Assembly: GCA_965178125.1 (NCBI GenBank)
Contig: OZ237754.1
Location: 744,001-808,000 of the forward strand
Reading direction: 5' to 3'
DNA length: 64,000 bases
DNA from: Bilabrum cf. latius
Taxonomy: Eukaryota
Of the stretch, positions 1-12,900 are shown one piece after another. The notes below the pieces were generated by a model. That model was not told the DNA's origin. It did no database searches and saw nothing but the letters and a program-made list of their open reading frames with translations. Within the stretch, counting starts at the first letter, position 1. Each line of letters opens with the position of its first letter. The position numbers and the translations under genes were made by a program.

Positions 1-3000
1 CGCCAGGGCAGCGTTCTGCAGGATCGCCTTCTCCACACGGGCCTCCCACGCAGCAGGCAGCCTGTGCTCCTCCACGAAGGCCCGCGCCAGCCGCCCCGCA
101 TCGTCCCCTGCCTCCACGCTCAGGGTCGCGGTCTTGCCGCGCGCATACTCTAGCTCGAGATCGAAGGCGACCCCGGCACCCAGCTGGCCGGTCCGGGTGG
201 TGCGGCCACCGTCGGTACGTCCTGCTGCCGCTCCACTCGTCACACCATCGTCGGCGGGATCCTGTACGAGGTGCTTGCGTGCCGCCTGCGCGACCTTGCC
301 TGCAAGGGCTTGCTCCATGGCCCGCAGCTGGGCCTCGGACATGGCTGATGCTCCGCGGCTCGCCGCCCCTTTGGCCAGTTTGTGTTCCCTGACGAACGCC
401 AGGCAGACCTCGTCCACGTCCTGCCCCTCTTTGACCACGAGTCTCTCCGTGCGACCCCTCGACACCTCCAGGTCGAGCTTGAGCACGGTGCGGGGAGGGG
501 CTGGGGCCGGGGCACCTCCCGAAGTGGGCGAGTCTTGCAGCAACCTGGGGCCCTCTTCACCCACAATGGACCCTCGACGACCGCGGGGCCGCGGCTGCTG
601 CTCATCGCCCGCGCCGCTGCTGCCATCACCAGCACCGGACCGTGCCTGCCTCTCGTTGAGGGCAGAGGCCGCCACGCTCTGTCTCGCCAGCTGCATGGCA
701 ACCACTACCTCAGAGGCCTGCGCGGGGTCCAGCCCGTGCCTCACGCAGAAATCTCGCGCCAGCATCAGGTCTCTTGCGTCGTCGTCTCCCCTCATCACCT
801 CCACAGGGGCTCGCTTGCCCTCTGCGTACTCAAGCTCAAGCTTCACCAGCAGCTCGTCCGAAGCACTCGAAGCATCGTCATCGTCATCGTCATCGTGCCC
901 ATCGGCATCGCCCCCCTCACCCACCTTCCCTGAGGCTCTCCCCACCAGAGCACCGACCCCATCGCCGGCCCCCGCCCCATCCTCGCCCTCGTCACCCACA
1001 ATCTCTCTCACCAGCGCCTCCCCGCCAGCCCGCGTGAGGCTAGCGCGGTACCTCCTGGACCGCATCCCCGCCCCCCGAATTGCCCTTAAGGTGCCATCCA
1101 CCCCGGCTTGCTGCTCACGGGCCTCTGCACGGTCGGCGTCAGTGGCTGGCCGGATCCCTCGCACGCTGACCGGGCTACGCGGGGGCCCGGGGCTGCCTCC
1201 AGCTGCCTGGCCCGCGGCGCCACCCTTCCTTTGTTCCCTGGCTCCAAGGTCCACTGCGGTAGACCGCGCACTCCAGGCGTTGCGGGCCGCTTTGTCCACC
1301 GCCCTCGCCACTCTGGCCACGTCGATCGCTGGCAGCCCATGACGCCTGGCAAACGAGGCAGCCAGCCTGACAGCCCACGCGCTCGAGGACCGGCCCGGCT
1401 CGGCATACCCCCTGCCCGCGTCGATCTTCCTCATCTCCGGCTCTGCAACCGCGAGCGGCACGCTGAGCGTGGCGGTGGACCCGCCCGGGAGCTTGAGTTC
1501 GATGGCGCACAGGCTAGGCCCCCCTGTACGCAGGCCGGCGTCGATCTCCGCCGCCGTGACCTCCACGGCTGCATCGGCGGCAGACACTGACCCGGCGGCC
1601 CGCCTCTGTGCCGGTTGCGGGGCCTGCGTCTGCTGCGGGTCTTGGTCCCTGACCGCTTGTTCCATGGCTTTCGCTGCGTCTGCTGCTGTGCCTGTGACGA
1701 TCGAGGTCCGCACCCTCCTGGCCCTGCCTCTTGATTTCTTGTTCTACTTGTTCTTCTTCTCCACCCCGCCCCTGGCCTCCCCGCTGCTGCTGCTTTCTTC
1801 TCCAGTTCCCTGGCCCGGCCCGTCGGCCCCACCGAACATGTCGTGCGCCTGCTGCACGAGCACCTGCACTTTAGGCGCCAGCTCATCGGACAGCCCCATG
1901 GATCGCACAAAGTCAAGCGCGGCCTCTTCGGGTGTCACGTCCGACTCGACCCGCAGCATCTCGATCCTGCCCTACTCCACCTCGATCTCGAGCACGGCCA
2001 GAGTCCGGCCCTCTGGCTCAACCTCGCCCTCACCTGCACCTCGCTCACCGCCATCATGGTCAGCACCATCCGGACCAAGGCCACCGGTGTCAATGGCAGG
2101 CACCTCGAACGGCAGCGGCTCCTGCGCTGCAGATGACGAGTGCTCCCCTGGCTTGCGGTCGGCGATGGTCTCCTGCTCTGCCGCCAGGGCCTCCTCCACC
2201 TCGTGGGGCGCTATGAGCTGGCCCCGGTGCGAGCTGGAGGCGGTCTTGCCCTTATCCTGCCCCCCTGGCCTTCGTAGCAGGCTCACTCGGCGAGTGCGTC
2301 GGTCTGGGCCGCCCCCAGCTGCACCTACCACTCCCAGCGGGCCGCTGTCGCCAGAGCCAGCACCAGCGACATCGCCAGACCGCCCTCGCTCCTGCTCTGC
2401 GGCTCGCATGCCCACCAAGGCCCCCTCTCTGGCCCTGTGCAGGGACATGGCAACCGCCGCAATCAGGTGCTCGGGCAGCTGCCGGCGGTTGGCAAAGGCA
2501 AGAGCCAGCGCATTGACGTCATCATGTTCCCTAACGTCCACCACACCGATCTGCCCCTGGGCGTACTCGATTTCCACCGATGCAACCACGGGCCCAGCCG
2601 GGGCCACCTGCCTCTGCCTCCCGGCGCCCTCTGTATTGCCATCCCCGACGGGGCGACTGCCCTATGGGTTGGCCTGCCTCTTCGCCTCCAGCCAGCCCGG
2701 CGCATGCACGTCAAGGGACCTCTTCTTCTAAAGCATAGAGGCCTCGTATCCCTGCTGGAAGGCGTCGCCGGGCATTTCCCCTGGTGCGCTGCCCTGCTGC
2801 TGCTGCCGCCGCCTCGCGACCTCGTCCCGCTGCTGGGCTGCTCTGCCTCTCGCCTTCTCGATCGCGCGGGCAATCTTCGCCACTGCCATGGGGCGCAGGC
2901 CCAGGTGCTGGGCAAACTCAGCGGCAAGGAGAGTGGCATCCGCGGTGCCCGGACAGGCCAGTTCCTCCTCCCAGCCCTCGTCTATCTCCAGCTCGATCAC

Positions 3001-6000
3001 AACATCAGGAGGGGGCAAGGGGAGCGGCGAAGCGCCGCCGCTACTTCTTCCAGGTCGCCTCGCGATGCTGACTCGCCGTCTTCGGTCGCGCGAGGCACCT
3101 GTTTCCCTCGGGTTTGCCTAGCCGTGCCTCGCCAAGCCGTCTCTGATCATGCCCGCCACGATGCCACGCTGCTCAGGCTTCACCCCATGCTCCCTGCAGA
3201 AGTCTGCGGCGAGCAGGTCGGGATCATCCGATCGCCGCACGTGCAGGTCCGCCTCCTCCCCCGCCCTGTGCTCCACTACGAGGGTAAATACCACGCTGTT
3301 GCTCCTGCTGCCCCTGCGCTGTTGCTCGCCTTCCCAAGCCCGCCTGCCCTTGTCCAGCTGCTCCGGACTCATCATCGAGGCGTGGGCACCGGAGCGATCC
3401 AGGGACATTGTTCCCTCGGTTTCGTCTTCCATAGATACCTCTGCCACCGTGGATGGTAGGATCACTTCTGCAGTGGCTCTGGGCGGGGTTCTGGGGCGTT
3501 GGGGCGACTCGATAGCGGGGCCTGGCACAGGTGCAGAGTCAGGCGCACCTCTGCCTTGGGCGGCACCTCTGCCATTCCCCTGCAGATCTGGCTGCTCCTC
3601 AACGGATCCAGAGCTGAGAGCTAGCTTGCCCCAGTCCACCAGCGCCTGGATCTCCGCGGGCGTCTGCCTGCCGTCCTGCTGTGCCTTTTCCTGATGCTGC
3701 CTGATCATGCCCGCCACGCGCTGCCTTTGCGGCCCCGTGAGCTTTGACGGGTCCAGTTTCCGCAACCTTCGGAGAAGCTCCAGGGCTGCTTCCAGAGCCG
3801 GCCTGCGGATGCCCAGTCGCTTGGCGGCCCGGCTAGCCTCTGTGGTGCCAGATGGGCTTGGTTCGCTGGTCGGAGGCACCTGCTTGTCTGTCGAGCCTGA
3901 GCGAGGTTGGACCGGCTCGACTGTATTTCCCGCTGCATCTCTGGATGTCGGCTGTATCTGAGTGGACGATCCATCGGGGTGAGGCCGCCTGCGAGGAGAA
4001 GCTCCAGCAGTGCGGGGCCTCTCATCGGCGGAGGGGCCTGCTTGATGGCTCGGAGAGGCCCTCGACCCAACGCCTCTGGCACCGGCGTGTGCATCTGTGT
4101 CCTGCCCGGGTCCAGCCTCTGTCCTCGCAGCGTCTGGCTCGGTGCCCAGCATTGGCTCCAAAGCGCCTCCCAGGTCCCTCTGAGGGGCCGTGGAGGGCCG
4201 GCCCCGGTCTTGTTGTCCCATCCCCGGCATCAGCTGTTCCTGGCTTGGGCTAGGGCCCACTTCGGGGCCATCTTCTGCGTCAATAGGCACGCGGCCCCGA
4301 GGCACAGGGACTGCTTGATCTGCAGCCGCGCCAGGCCCAGCAGTAGCACGACTGGACCTGTCCGAGCGGGCGACCTCGTTCGAAACGGATGCTTCACCGC
4401 TGTCCGAGTGGGCTTCGTCCTCGCCCTCGCTTACCCTTTCTAGCATGGAGTGGGCCTCGTTGACCACTGGCAGCTTTGCCGAGGCTGCGCTGGCACCGCG
4501 GCTCGCCATGTCTGTGGCTTCGCTGCCGGTATAGCTGCTGCCGGTATAGCTGCTGCCGGTTTGACTGCTCCCCGCAGCGGTGCTGCCAGTGTACCCGGAG
4601 CCGGTGCTTGAGGTACCCGTGCTGCCATTGCTTCCTGTGCTGCCAGTGCTTCCTGTGCTCGCGCTACCCTCGCTTTGAGCATCCGAATGGGCTGATGCGG
4701 ACTCGGGTTCGGGGGCGCTGCCGTCGGGGGGCGGGGCACGTTCCGCCGGCTGCCTGGCAGTAGCTTGAACTTTGCTGACCGGGTCTCTCGCAGCTGCGTT
4801 CGACACATTCTTGTCGCTGGCTGTGTCATTGACGCCGTCTTGCTCCTTGCTGTGGGAGGTACCGGGCACCGTCTGCACATCGGCAGGGGCCTTGTCATGC
4901 GTGGCCTGTTCACCGATGGCGTAGCTGCGGTCCGGCTCCCGAGGGGCAGCCTAATTGTGATTGCCTCTGGCAGCCGTTTCCTCTGCTGACTGCGCAGTAT
5001 CGTTACCTCGATCGCTGATGTCTTCACCGTGCTGATCGTGGTGCCCAAGCGCCGACACTGCATCCACCTCGGGACTGCTGCCCCTGGGAGCCGCCGCTGA
5101 CCGCTGCTATTCATCTCGACCTCCCGTGGGAAGGTGTTCCGCAGGTGCGTGCTCATTGTGATCGCCTCTGGATTGACCAGACAGCGCCTGGGCTGCCACA
5201 CGAGACCTGACCTGGCCCGTGCTCGGCTCATTCGGCTGTTGCAGCACCTTTGGAGCAGCGCCGTCCTTGCGAGCATCCTCTTTGCCTTCCTGATCCTCGT
5301 GCTGGACATGCCCGCCCTCCCTTCTTCCCTTTTCTGCGTCCTATTTGTCCTGCTGATCGTCGTCAGGACCAAACGAATACAGTCCGCCCACCACACCAGC
5401 CGGCGTGCCAGGTCCATGCGGGTCATCACCATCCGACCGCTTTGACTCCTCCTGCGGCCCGCCGTGCGCTGCGCTGGCAGTGGCACCGGTGCTGCTGCCT
5501 AGTCGAGGTCCGCCCTCGCCATCTAGATCCACGCTCGGCTCCATCACACTGCCTGCACCACCCTGCAGTGCAGCTGCCAGCACGGCTGCATCAGCATCCT
5601 CGTCGTCCCCACCTGTGCCGCTCTTACCATCCATGCTCGCCGAGGACCGCCTTGACCTTTGCCCCTACCTGCCTCCGTATAGATCGTGTGAAGCTCTTTG
5701 CAAATCATGCTCATGTCCTCTTCCTTCCTCCAGTGCCGCCTCCTGTGCTTTCCTCCTGCTCTCCTCCCCGAGTATGTCAGGGTGCAGCTGCTCCAGCGCC
5801 TGCATGAGGTGAGACACGCTGTCGATGCCTTCCAGCTGGCTATCCGTGGGACCAACGTCCTCGGGTGGACCACCGCTGGCTCCACTGGCGTCGATGGCTC
5901 GATCCACAGAGGACCTGCGCTTGTTCGTGCTCGCCCTCCGCTGGCCGTGCATAGACCCTCTGGTGGAGCCCTTCCTGGTCCCACCCCTGCCCCTGCCCCT

Positions 6001-7146
6001 GCCCCTGCCCCTGTCCCTGTCCCTGTCCTTGCCTGCCCCCTTGGCGGATACCCGGCGGGGAGACCTCTTGAGAGCCCCCTGTGAGACCCTGCGGACCCCG
6101 CCGCCCTTCTTGCGCGGCGCCGGTTCCGCAAGATAGGAGGGGCCCCCGGCCAAGTAAGGAGACATGGCCGCAGCTGCCAGTGACCTCCTCTGCCCCCCCG
6201 CCTGGGGGCCTGTCCCGCTGCCTCGCTTGTCGCCGCTGGCTCTGACCATCCTGGTATCTCCTCGTGGGTCGACTTGTGGGAGCGTGGGACCGCTTCCCAC
6301 CGCACCCAAATCATGTCTGGACGCAGGTACACTACTAGCAGCACCGCCAGCAGAACCTGGGGGCAGCAGGGGCTGCCCCGCCGCATCCACGGGAACGGTA
6401 GCACGCTGGTGAGAAGCCACGGTGGGGGTCATGTAACCCCTGGTCATCGATGCTCCTGGCGAGCCCCAGGCTTCCGGCGCCTCGCCATCGAGCGGAACCT
6501 GGCTGTCGCCGGTGTCCGGTTGGAGAGCTCCGTCCTTGGCTCCAGGTGTGCGTAGGAGGCGCCTGCGCGGCCCCACGGTGGGACGCATGGTGGCAGAGAG
6601 CGGCTTGCCGCTGGGTTCCTCGCTTGGTGGTGCTGGCCCGCCGGTGCCTCCACCTCGGGGTCCTTGGGATGCGGTTGCACCCAGCGCCCGTGATCTGGCC
6701 TGTGCCGTTTTGGACAAGCGATCGTCCCCGCGTGGTTTCCCGTCGCCACCCAGCAATGCATCATCTTCAACTTGCTCTAGATTACCGTCAGCTGCGACTC
6801 GTACCGTGACCGGCTCCATGTTTCCATTCTCGTGCATGACGTAAACCACCTTTAGCTCAGATCCGTCCGTCTTCGATTCGCGGCCCGCTGCTGACGACCT
6901 GCGAGCGCTAGACGCACGCTGCGAACCGAACGGACCTTGATCGTTACGAAAATGCGTAGGTCTATTGCGGTGAGCATCGGCATCGTTGGATTCCATCGCA
7001 TCTGCCAAAAGCCTTGCTTGCTCGCGGTGCTTGCGAGCGCTTGCAATAAGTCGACGCTGCTCGCGCCGCCGCTCTTGCTGCCTGTGCTCCTTCAACACTG
7101 GCTACAGTGGCATAGTGCCTCGCCCAGACGCCCGCATGGATGACAT
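1..7146 (-). CDS. Large uncharacterised protein (>2380 aa, 3' end outside window) with at least 8 copies of a ~40-aa module (PFU-like) separated by low-complexity linkers
   Basis: ORF-track pieces 5665-7098, 5341-5634, 3118-4878, 2728-3018, 1972-2607 and 1744-1959 share one frame and are separated only by TAG (7102, 5665, 5341, ~5107, 4951, 3118, 2728, ~2662, 1972, 1744). The frame stays open to base 1. Likely ATG at 7146 (MSSMRASGRGTMPL*PVLKEHRQ). Module examples: VAFDLELEYARGKTATLSVEAGDDAGRLARAFVEEHRL and VVFTLVVEHRAGEEADLHVRRSDDPDLLAADFCREHGV. Confidence 0.75.
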
Positions 7147-7595
7147 TACGACGAGGTAACTCCCGCAGACACACGGAAGGTGCAACTAGCGGGCAGTGGG
7201 ACCCTGTCTAGCAAGACTGTGCCCTTACTAAGCCGTGACCAGCTCTATCTGAATATTATAAATCAGTTTCTATTGATGACCGACTCTGGAAACCGTAAAC
7301 GGAGACAGTGTAGAGGAATTGTGTATCTATCCGATGAGTGCAGAAACTGGTCGCAAGCAGCGGTCGCGAGCAGGACTGCAAAACTGAACGTATCCATGGC
7401 TTCTCTGCTTACCTCAATTGAATACCAAACCAAACAAGACGTGCTAGCGCAAGGCTTCCGCACTGCGACCAAGCGGCTGCGAGAAGGCTGCCTTGGGTGA
7501 TGCTTTCTCCATCCCCGGCAGGCAGCCAAGCGCGCCGACACCGCACTGCAAAGACGCAAGGCGCCCCACAATCCCCGTCTTCCGTGCCCAATCGC

Positions 7596-8772
7596 TCACT
7601 TGCCACCGCCGCCGGCACCGCTTCCCGCCGCCGACTTGTCCGCGACTTCCTTTCTGATCTCCTTCCCGATCCTGGACACCTCCTTGCCCTCCTTGAGCTC
7701 CACGATGATGACGCTCATGTTGTCCCTCGACCCCAGGCCCAGGCACGTGTCGATCAGCTGCTCGCAGATGGACCCCAGGTCCACCGGGTCGTCCTCCTTC
7801 TTGCCCCCCTCCCCGCCCCCTGTTCCCTGGACCACCTTGTCCATCACAAAGGCAGCCACGTCCTCGTTGCTCATGACATCCCAGATCCCGTCGCAGGCCA
7901 GCACCACGAACTGGTCCCGAGAGACGTCCCTCTTGCGGTGCAAGATCTCGGGCAGCACGGTCACCATCTGCTGCCTGGGTCCCAGGGTCTGCGCCGTCTT
8001 GTACGAGAAATCGCCAAAGGCGCGGCTCACAGCCAGGTCTCCGTTCACGCGGCCCATGGCCACCGACCCGCCCGCGTCCAGGATGCGAGACTTCTCCGAC
8101 TCGTTCGTCGGCTTGTGGTCGAACGACAGGGGCACGGCCGCGTCTCCGCTGATGAGGATCGAGCGGGAATCGCCGCTGCGGTGTGACGAGTGGGCGAGAG
8201 GCAGGGTCAGTGTGGTTTGAGGCGCAGTCTACGGCGCTGTTGCCGGCGCAAACACGGGCGAGCAATAAGGGCAACTGCGGATGCATGCTTTCATGCCGCC
8301 ATATTCCTCACGTGTTGGCACAGATGATTTCATCGGTTGTGAGCAAGACAACCACGCCGGTGGAGCCGCTCATATCCTGCCCCGTCTCGAGCTCGGGGAT
8401 GCGGCGGAGATCGTCGTCTACCTGCAAGAAACTCTCGATCAGGGCGGTTTCAGCCGCCTTGGAATCTCCCTTCGCGGCCTCGGGCCAGCTCTTGTGCGCT
8501 CGCAGCGCGGGAATGAGCCGCTTGGCGACCTCGTTCGAAACCAGCTTTCCGCCATGTCCGTCGAATACTCCGTATAACTGTAACGCAGAATCGTCTGCTT
8601 TTGCTTTTGCACTAGAATCCTGGGGTGGCATGGGCAGTGCAAGCAAATGGGCGTCCTCCTGGCTCACGCGCCAGCCCTGCATGGAACTTAGGGCGGCGCG
8701 CGCATCGAGGGTATCGCACTCCTCCCTGTCAGTCTCCTTTTCCGTCCGCGGCTTGTCGAGAAATGATCCCAT
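7596..8772 (-). CDS. Protein phosphatase 2C (PPM1A/B-like), 2 exons, ~346 aa
   Basis: MGSFLDKP N-terminus; motifs SMQGWRVSQEDAH, GVFDGHGG, SGSTGVV, NTGDSR (restored by splicing intron 8176-8311, GTGAG...CTGAC...CCGCAG), DHKP, RVNGDLAVSRAFGDF, LACDGIWDV, GSRDNMS. TGA stop at 7596-7598. No internal TAG. Confidence 0.95.
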
Positions 8773-9985
8773 GACCTGTGGGTGGTGGACGGAAAGTGGC
8801 GGGCGGGCAGTATCATGGAGCAGTTGATTAACCGAAACTATCCAGTTGTGCCGCGATGAAGCACGACGTATTTGGCATGTGGCTGCATATTCCCGCTGCC
8901 AGGGCCCACATTCGGGCACATAAGCTCCAATTACAACACATCGTTCGCTTGTATTGCCGCTGAAGCCCAGGCAGGGCAGCTTCTGAACACCCGGAACCCT
9001 GTTGCGCCCCGCCGAGCTATCCAGCAACCGAGGCGCACTTATCCCGCAAGCAGTGCAGCAACTCCAAACAATCCGCCAAAAATGAGCTGATCAAAAGCTT
9101 CGTCCACTATGAACATCTTCTGGCGTCTAGATCGTGGAAGATCGTTGCTTTGATTCGTTCGGGAGTGACGGCGAGGCACCCTTTGCGCCTCATCCGTCGG
9201 GATAATCACGTGAGTTTGCCTCAGAATCAAAAGGAAACTCATCGATAGTGGGTTTGCGAATTTCAAATCTGCAATCAAAGCATTAGCTCACCTCTCCAAG
9301 GCTATGTTTCTGCTCGACGCTTGAGGCTGGGACCGGTTTAGGTGATCAAATTATAACGCTACAAAGACATTTTCGGCACCAGCACGTCAAGGACTCCCCA
9401 AGTGAATGGGCGGCGGTGTGTCCATGTCTTGACTGACACTAGTTCTACTGAGCTAGTTGCGGAGATGACTCAAATTCAGTGAGGCGCTACAGCGGTACCA
9501 GACCCGTGATCATAGTGCCGCGGGCGAAGACCACAGCCGCCTCACTCCACCAGGATCAGTTGCAGCCGAGCGCGGGTTACAATGAGACAGCAGACTCGGA
9601 CTATGATTGAGCCCATAGCTATGTGTGTGCTCTCTGTGACACCAGTCGAATGTGACGACTCTGTTCGGCAAGCAATCCTGCGTCAAGCTGCCAGCCCACG
9701 TTCGGTGGACGGGCTCTTCGCGACACTTGCTTCCTGTTATCAATGGCACCCACAAAGTTTGTTGGCCCGGTCATCGCTGAGCCACAGGGATGTAGCTTCT
9801 ATAAGTATTGCATGGGGCCAGCTGATAAGGGCCCAGTGTGCTCGCAGATGCACGCCGGGTCCCGCCTCGTGCCCGCCGCCGGGGGCTTGCAGTAGCGTGC
9901 AGCTATGCCTGGCAAGACGTAACTTTCGTGTTGCGACACTCACAAAAGCGTGCGCTCTCAATTAAAGCAACGAAGTTCTGTAATT

Positions 9986-12900
9986 ATGTCTAAGTCTATT
10001 CCACCAAAGCTTGCAGCGCAGCGGGAGGACCCCACGAGCAGTGCAGGGCTTGAAACTGTTGTGGTCGAAGATCTTGACGGAAGCTGGTCGCGGCTTGAGA
10101 AGCCGCTGCACAAGTTCACGCCCATAAAGTTTGGCATCGATGCCCCAGCTGCTCTCGTTGACGCCTGGAATGGTTCTGCCTCTGGGCATTCCAAGAAGCC
10201 AACGTTTGGGCAGGTCGGCGTAATTCCTGACGCACCTGCGAGTTCCAGCGAGGCTTTGTCAATGGGGTGGTACGAATCCGGGGCCGTCATTACTTCGGAG
10301 CGGCGAAGAAGAATAAGGAACGCCGCTCGAGAGAGGCGCCGTCTCGCTTCTCTAAGCTCTGGGGATCGCCAGCGACCTGGCTCGGGGCCTGCCTTGGCCC
10401 CTTAGGGCGTGGCTGGCCCCCTTGGAGCCGGTCAAGCCGCCGTTCTGCTGTCGTCTGCTGCTGCTGCAGCTGGCTTTGATTTCCCGGAGGAGCCAGTTGC
10501 CCTGCGGTCCCGGCGTGCTGGCGATGGCACGTCCCCGGGCGCGAGCCACGAGGCATCTGCCCCCGCCGGTCCGAGCACCGTGACGGGCGCAGTGTGGCAG
10601 CGCCTGCAGCCTCAAGACGCGAGCTGGGCTCGGGACCATGAGCGATCCACGGCCCTGGCCGCAGCAGCCGCTGCCCAGGCCCTGGCCAGCCAGGGCGCGG
10701 GTAGGCCATTCGAGCGAAGCGCAGGGGAGAGCCTGGGCAGCGTCTGGAGGGCTGCCACGGGCGGGTCAGGGAACAACGGGGGCGGCGTGACCGGCAGCAC
10801 GGGCGCTGGTAGCGCGGGTCACCAGTCGAGCAGCATAGGCATAGGCGGGGGTTAGCAGCAGCAGCCGGACTCGAGGGCACTGGCGGCCGCTGCCCACCAG
10901 CGGGACATCCAGCGGCACCTGTACTCAGCCGGCGTGGAGAACCTCAAGATGCTGGCCTTGCCTCCCTTGCAGCTGCAGTTCGTGGTGCAGGGGCAGGGGC
11001 AGCTGGAGCAGGGACTCAGAGTAGCGATCTAGAAGGCGAGGGCGTGTGTCGGGGGCAGTGGGCGAGGCCGACGGGAGGCACGGGGGGGGCGGGGAGCAGT
11101 GACCCAGGCAACAACAGGCCAGGGTGAGGCAGGGGCAGGCATCGGGCGAGTGGCTAGTCGCGGCGGTCATCATCCTGGCGGGACTGCCACAGTGACCCAG
11201 GCTGCGATCAGTGGCAGTGACAAGTCCTCCTTGCAGGCAGGCGCATTGACCTCTACAGCGGGTTAGGAGGAGGAGGAGGGCGAGGATGAACACAAATGCG
11301 GTGGAAGTAGAAGCCAAGAGCGGGATAAGGGAGACAACGGTGACGACGGCCAAGTAGAAGAAGAAGAAGAAGAAGAAGAAGATGGCGAGAATCCCTCGCC
11401 GGTCCTGCAGCCCGGTGCCAGGGCCCTGTGGATGGGTGATGCCATGCACCTGGCATGTCTCGCCCCCCCTGACGGCGCCTCCTACGCTATGGTACAGAGA
11501 ACAAGGCTGCGGCGGTGGCTCACAGAATGCAGGAAGCGCATGCACCCGCACGCAGTCGTGTACTTGCCCCAGCCCGCCCCCACCCGCCGCACCAGCGGCA
11601 GCACCGCATCCACCGGTGGAGAGGGTCCACGGGGGCACGTGCGGAAGAGCTCAGCCTCGTCCTCGGGCACAGCTGAGGAACACCAGCAGCAGCCCGCGTC
11701 GCCGCGCGCCGCACTCGAGAAGCAGCAGCACAAGGCGAGGCTGAGGGCCACAGCGGAGGCGTTCCGAAGGGCCGTGGAGGGGTACCACGCTATAGCGCAG
11801 GACGTGGGGAGGGCCGAGCAGGGCGACTACAGGAGGGTCCTAAGGAGACCATGCTTGCTGCTGGCGGCCGGGCCCGGGGGCCTGCAGGAGCGGCTGATGG
11901 GCGCTCTGGAGGGCGGTGGCGGACAGGCTGGGATGCACGGGCGGTCTGCCACTGGAGCTGACGTGCTTGGTGGCCCTGGGCTGGGTGCGCAACCCATGGG
12001 GGGCGCGGCAGACGGGGGCAATTCCGCTGCCGCGCCCCACGTACGATCGGCAAGCCAGCCGCGGCTGACGGACGATCGCGGTCGGGAGGGGCGGCAGGGC
12101 CTCGCCTAGTCGTCGCAGGCGCAGGTCCCCGGTTTCGTGACGCTGCCCAGCGTGGACGAGTCCAGGCTCGAGAGATCGGACGAGGCAGGCGTGCGGCTGA
12201 GCGGGCTGCTAGGGGTGGACAAAGAGGTGGCCACTGTTCCCTAGGCTGTGCCGGGGGCGCGCTGGTCCAGCCACGGGGACGGTCCCCTGCTGCTCGCCGC
12301 CCTCTCTGACAGGGGGGTGGTGGAGCTGCCCGGGTGGGGAGGGGGCTTCGTGGTGCTGCCCGGCGCGGGGGGTGGTCTGGGGGTTGCGTCGTCCGGTGTG
12401 ACGAGTGAGGGGGACCCGGAGTCGGTGCTTGAGCATGTCGTGAGGGCCCAGATGGAGAAGAGTGCCGGGCGATCCCTGCCCCCAACAAAAGGGGGGGATT
12501 CCCCCGGCGTTGCAGGGGCGGATGGGAAGCGCAGCCCGGCGCCGCTGACCGTGGCAGTGGCTCTGCAGGCTAGCAGCACCCGCAGCGCCGCCAATGCAAG
12601 CAGCAGCTCTGGCAGCCTGCAGTCTCTGAGGAAGGCGTTCCGCTTCGGCGGAGACAAGACCCCCAGCGGAACCGACCTAGGAAAGTTCGCCGACGGGTTC
12701 CCCAGCGGCGGGGTGCTCCTCTTGGCCGACGTGAGTGCGGTGGCATTCCCGGGCCCTGGGACCTTCCTCGGCGGCGCCCTGGCTCGGCAGATGCAGCGGG
12801 CCGCAGAGGCGTTCTCCCTCCGCAGGCACCGGCCCAGCGCATGCGTAGAGGTACCCGCCGTGTCCTGGTCCAGCCCCACCCGAGTGCACTACGCGATGTG

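Noticed and set aside
134-2731. Long antisense and alternate-frame ORFs (e.g. 134-1342, 1469-2731, 27526-29298, 58641-59969)
   Set aside because: These are shadow ORFs expected opposite GC-rich coding sequence and show no recognisable motifs.
8780-9985. tRNA (including a CUA suppressor), snoRNA or small gene in the PP2C/giant-gene gap
   Set aside because: I could not find a cloverleaf, convincing box motifs or a coherent exon chain by eye. tRNAscan-SE or Infernal would be needed.
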